NCBI GenBank assembly: GCA_002269645.1
Contig: NIVC01001935.1
Span: 156,805 to 220,804, forward strand
Direction of reading: 5' to 3'
Source: Macrostomum lignano
Lineage: Eukaryota
DNA length: 64,000 bases
The notes beneath the pieces were generated by a model. That model was not told the DNA's origin, did not search any database, and saw nothing but the letters and a program-made list of their open reading frames with translations. Below, in pieces: positions 59,372-64,000 of this stretch. A program made the translations under genes and the position numbers. Within the stretch, counting starts at the first letter, position 1, and each line of letters opens with the position of its first letter.

Positions 59372-62300
59372 TCAGTCGTCCTTGCTCCCGGCCATGAGCC
59401 GGCAGAACTCCTCGTAATTGACGGAGCCGTCGCCGTCCTGGTCAGCCTGCCTGATCATCTCCTCGACCTCCTCGTCCGTCATCTTCTCGCTGAGAACTTT
59501 CATCACGTGACGCAGCTCATCGGTGCTCACCCAGCCCTGGCCCTCGCTGTCGAACACGCTGAACGCCTGCTTCAGCATCTCCTCGGAGTCGCGCCGGCGC
59601 ATTTTCACCACCATCACTTCCAGGAAGCGGGGAAAGTCGATGGTGTCCTCGCCGAAGTCGCTGCCGGTGCCGCCAATGAGGGACTGCGGGAAGGATGTGC
59701 GAAAACTACTTTCTTATTGGGGTTGATCAGTAGTATACTTAGAATAAAAATTGCGTGTCTCTTTTCCGCTTGTAGATGTAGCTCATATGCAGCTGGATGA
59801 CAGGCGTGGCAGGTGAAACACACGCCGGTCCTGCTACAAGGAGGCCGGGTGACGCCGTAAAACATCACAGGTTGTGTGCTTAACAACGGCTGCCGAGAGG
59901 GATGACACAAGCAGTGTACTAACCGCGGACCTTCTGCTTAACCTCTCGATAAACCTTAAGGACAGTTTATTCTCATTGAATTGCCACAAAAGTGGCTGGC
60001 CGCGACTGCCAGATCCGTGCAGGAAAATTGTTCGAAAACGCAAGAACCTGCAGACAGCCCTCAAAGGCTCTGTCGCACCTGGTTCAGTCGGGGTCGTGCG
60101 CGCGGTGCTTCTGGAATTCGCTACCCCTGACTCGCTCAGTAAAAAATGAAAACTTTTTGCGCTTGATTGAATAAAAGCGAAATTGCAAAGATAGAGTCTC
60201 TTGGAAAATGCACTGCATAGACTGGAATGCTTGCGGAGACACTGAGCGCGCTCGCAAGAAACGGTACTGTGACATTTTACTTGATCGAAATTACGCATAA
60301 CCAGACCCACCGGCATATGCAATCCGGCAGCAGTATCTGTAGGGTGAGGCCCGATTCGATTTGATCCTGGTTTGGCTATAAAGACGTCGACGATCTGTCA
60401 TTTTTTTAGTTTTTTTAGCGACGGATCCGTGAACAGAAAGGGCAGAGAGATCGGGCCAGAGGTTCAATGCCAGACCTGCAGCAAAGGCCATTGCGAGCTC
60501 AGCTGCTGCAGCTGCTCAGCCGCTCCACTGTGCACGGCATCTCGCATGCGGCCTCCGCGGCCAGCCGAGCTGAGCAGATCTTCTGGCTGTCGCTAGTGCT
60601 GCTCGGCCTGTGCTCATTTGTCGGCAACCTGATATCCGTGGTGGCTCGCTACAACAGCTTCCCCGTGCTCACGGCGCACTACTCAAACGAGGACTCGTTC
60701 GTCTGGCCCGATATCACATTCTGCGACAACTCGCCCGTGAGCCTTCGCTCCGAGGAGGCGCGCAGCAACTTCAGCTACTGGATTCGGAAGCTGCAGAATG
60801 ACAGCGCCGTGGTCACCGCCAGCCGGCTCATGGAGACGTTCTTTTTCGATAAAAACGTCGAACAGGAGGGCGTCCTAGCGGTGCTCATCCGGTCCATCGC
60901 ACTCGCCAGCATCAATAGCTCCGTGTTCCAGGTGAACGACCCCAGACAAGTGCTGGTAGGTGTCGGCTACCGGCTGCCTAACAAAGGCATCCAGAGCGAG
61001 ATCAACATGGACTCCGGCTGGCAAGCGTTCAGCGAGGATGAAATTCTCAGCTCCTTCTTAAGCAACACGATGTCCATGCGGTATCGCTGCTCGTGCTACA
61101 CATTGAAGCTGAACAGCTTCATCAACTCCAAGCAGCTCGGCGCCATCGACGCTGTGCAGTTCTTCATCCGGGGCAACTTTCTCACCTACTGGCACTTCAA
61201 CTCGTCCAACTACCAGTTCGGCGGCCGGGTGTTCATCCACGCGCCGAACACGCTGCCCGAGTCCGGCAGGATGCTGGAGACGCCACCCGGAGTGGCCACC
61301 ACGGTTGCGCTCGACCAGAAACGGCGTCTGTCCGATCCGGTCAAGAGCGACTGCCGCAAGGCGGAGAAAACCGCCGAGGTCTTCAACTACGACCTGCGGC
61401 ACGCGCGCCGCTACAACCTGAGCTACTTCCACTGCCACCAGCTGTTGTCGCAGACAATTTTCTACAGATCCTGCGGCTGCTTCAATCCGAACCTGATTGT
61501 GCCCAAGCTGGACGACCGACCGCCAGTGCTGTGTCTGGACTGGAGCAAGTTCAAGGAGTCCGGGCTGCTGGACAACTTGATCTGCCTGAACCACACCGCT
61601 GCGACCTACCGGCTTGAGTGAGTGGAGAGAGTGCTTATCAGCAAGGTTTCCCTGGAGTGACGACTATGAATATTTCTGCATCTCTAATTTAAGGTCAAAC
61701 TGAAGTGCGAGAGAGTTTTTAAGAGTTTTTAGTCTTTGAGGGTGATGTCAAGACTGCTGCTTGAAACATTTTAAGATTGACAGAAGTTTGAGACGAGTTC
61801 TTGAACTTTTTCAAAGCATCCCGAAGGTTAAATTCAGACGGCAGCTTTTCGGAGCTACCATTGCTGATGTCCTTGATGCGAATAGACGAGCCATCTGACT
61901 CAATTGCGTCAAGATCAGCTACCCAACCGTCGAACCACTGCAGGAAAAACTTTCGACCGTTGCTGCGTCGCGAGTGCGCCGACCTAAGGAGACCTCCCTG
62001 CCACTCGCTGTCCTGGCAACTCCAGAGCCACCGGGAGCAGTACAGGGAGATGTGGGCAGAGACTGCCAATCAGGCAAGGGAGGCCTTCCTAAGGAGTATC
62101 CTGAAAGAATTGTGAGTTTTGGTTCCTTAAAGCTGTCTTCAATTCCCAATGCTGCACCCATGCATGCCCGCGTCCCATCCCGCAGTCCTCCCCATCCACT
62201 GAGCACCTCGGAATCCGAGACCCTCGTCGACATTGTGCGCAAAGGCCGCCTGAGCATCAGCAACCTCTTTGTGATGGCGGCCAAAGACAAAGGCGATCTC

Positions 62301-63623
62301 GTTGTGGAGGAGGCCGAGTACCCGCTGTCGCAGTTCCTGTCCGACATCGGCGGCCTGATGGGACTGTACCTGGGCGTGTCCGTCATCGGCCTCTTCGAGT
62401 GCGCCGCCGCCCTGCTGCTGCTCGTCCGCTGCTGGCACGGCGCCATCCTGAAGGCCTGCCGTCCTACCGGCGGGGGCGACTGCGGCGGTCAGAAGGACTC
62501 TGCGAAGAGCTGCGCCTACCGGTGCCTGAGCCAGAAGCTGCTGCCCACACCGAATCAGACGCCTCGGAAGCGGCCAGCGCCGTCAGTGTCGGGTTGGCGA
62601 GCTCCTTGCGATGTCTTCGACACCCCAGAGACTCTCGTGTGAGGATGCGAAGAGCTGAAGCCTTTGGCCAGAGGACTACAGATCGAGTTGCAGGATCTCT
62701 GATTTTCACTCCTATCGCCACTTCTATGGTGGTTTATCGCGCTTTGCTCATTCACACCCTTTGTATGCATCGTCACCTTTACAGCATCTCGGATATGGTA
62801 AAGCGTAGTATTATCATCGGGACTCATTTTTCTGAGTTAAAAAACGGAGGGCAAAACTATTTTTATTCATCCCAGTAAATGTATTGGTCTAATCACCTCA
62901 GTCACCGCCTGAGTCTATGGTCACCCCAGTCACTGCCTGAGTCTATGGTCACCCCAGTCACCGCCTGAGTCTATGGTCACCCCAGTCACTGCCTGAGTCT
63001 ATGGTCACCCCAGTCACTGCCTGAGTCTATGGTCACCCCAGTCACTGCCTGAGTCTATGGTCACCCCAGTCACCGCCTGAGTCTATGGTCACCCCAGTCA
63101 CTGCCTGAGTCTAGGGTCACCCCAGTCACTGCCTGAGTCTATGGTCACCCCAGTCACTGCCTGAGTCTATGGTCACCCCAGTCACTGCCTGAGTCTATGG
63201 TCACCCCAGTCACCGCCTGGGTCTATGGTCACCCCAGTCACTGCCTGAGTCTAACGGTCACCCCAGTCACTGCCTGAGTCTATGGTCACCCCAGTCACTG
63301 CCTGAGTCTAATGGTCACCCCAGTCACTGCCTGAGTCTAACGGTCACCCCAGTCACTGCCTGAGTCTATGGTCACCCCAGTCACTGCCTGATTCTATGGT
63401 CACCCGTCACAGCCTGAGTCTGGGGTCACCAAAGTCAGTCTATAGTCAAAAACCATAAAACTCATCCCAGCCCTCTCACCGCAATCTCCTCTTTAGTGGA
63501 TTCTGTCCCAGCGAGCGATCATAGTGAGCAGATCATCCACCATTATGTAGCCCTTGTCCTCCTTGTCGAATATACTGAATGCCTCCATAAACTCGGCTAT
63601 TTGCTCTTCGTTAGCTCCTCCAT
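59372..63623 (-). CDS. Calmodulin-like EF-hand protein (~152 aa); exon 1 has three 1-nt deletions as assembled
   Basis: Exon 1 (63480-63623) restores to [49 protein letters not shown] followed by a gtgag donor. Exon 2 (59372-59683) reads [24 protein letters not shown]...[11 protein letters not shown]...[13 protein letters not shown]. Confidence 0.82.
60467..62642 (+). CDS. DEG/ENaC/ASIC-family ion channel (~601 aa), nested antisense in the calmodulin-like intron
   Basis: Exons 60467-61617, ~61914-62111 (acceptor less certain), 62186-62642. N-terminal STVHG motif, TM1 [10 protein letters not shown], post-TM1 WPDITFCD, Cys-rich thumb (CGCFNP), TM2 [22 protein letters not shown] with the GxS filter. 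Confidence 0.9.
62895..63430. repeat. 28-bp repeat (cagtcactgcctgagtctatggtcaccc) in the calmodulin-like intron
   Basis: Direct repeats visible in the sequence. Confidence 0.93.
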
Positions 63624-64000
63624 TTGCGGCAATGGGGTATTAGGCCTGCTTGAGTTGTGATTGAGCAGTTCTTCACCTATTCACACGCAGAAGAACCAGG
63701 AAAATGTCGGATTGCCAGTTGTATAATATAAGCAGAAATTGATAGCCGCTCCACTGAGACTGGCTGCTGTGTGTTTGTGCCGCTCACAGGGAGTCAGGCG
63801 CACAATGGCAGAGACCATGCAGCCTGGCTGTGCAAACAGTTGCCAGCCTCTGTCTTCATTCACTCCTGCACTCTCGCCTCTCTCTCTGCCCCATCTTCTG
63901 CTTGTACTTGAGCTGTCTGATGCTTGCTTTTGGGCAGAGCCGCTTCGGATAAAAAACTGCCTCAACTCACAGCTCATGACTCGTTGCTTCTGCCCGATAA

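Overview
Eukaryotic (metazoan) genomic DNA with GC-rich exons and introns largely filled by locus-specific minisatellites; the style resembles the flatworm Macrostomum, which is an inference only. Genes I could assemble from splice sites and protein motifs: TBCE (+, 7 exons, 3474-17844), dCMP deaminase (+, 19151-20071), ULK3 (+, 11 exons, 24286-31693), a C-type-lectin/sushi single-pass membrane protein (-, 33173-37654, 5' end not found), an Rpp21/Rpr2-family RNase P subunit (+), an orphan two-TM ORF (+), a MYORG-like GH31 glycosidase (-, three 1-nt frameshifts), a Tctex1-domain dynein light chain (-), and a calmodulin-like gene (-) whose intron contains an antisense DEG/ENaC channel gene (+). 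The most unusual feature is in TBCE intron 1: a minus-strand Ty3/Gypsy element (LTR, PBS, gag, protease, RT, deleted RNaseH/integrase core). Downstream of pol it carries a stand-alone DnaJ J-domain ORF, then a PPT and a second, non-matching LTR-like block containing a stand-alone chromodomain ORF. Also notable are a 269-bp inverted-repeat-bounded element holding a 28S rRNA-like fragment altered at the R2/I-PpoI target site, and two strongly CpG-depleted AT-rich domains.
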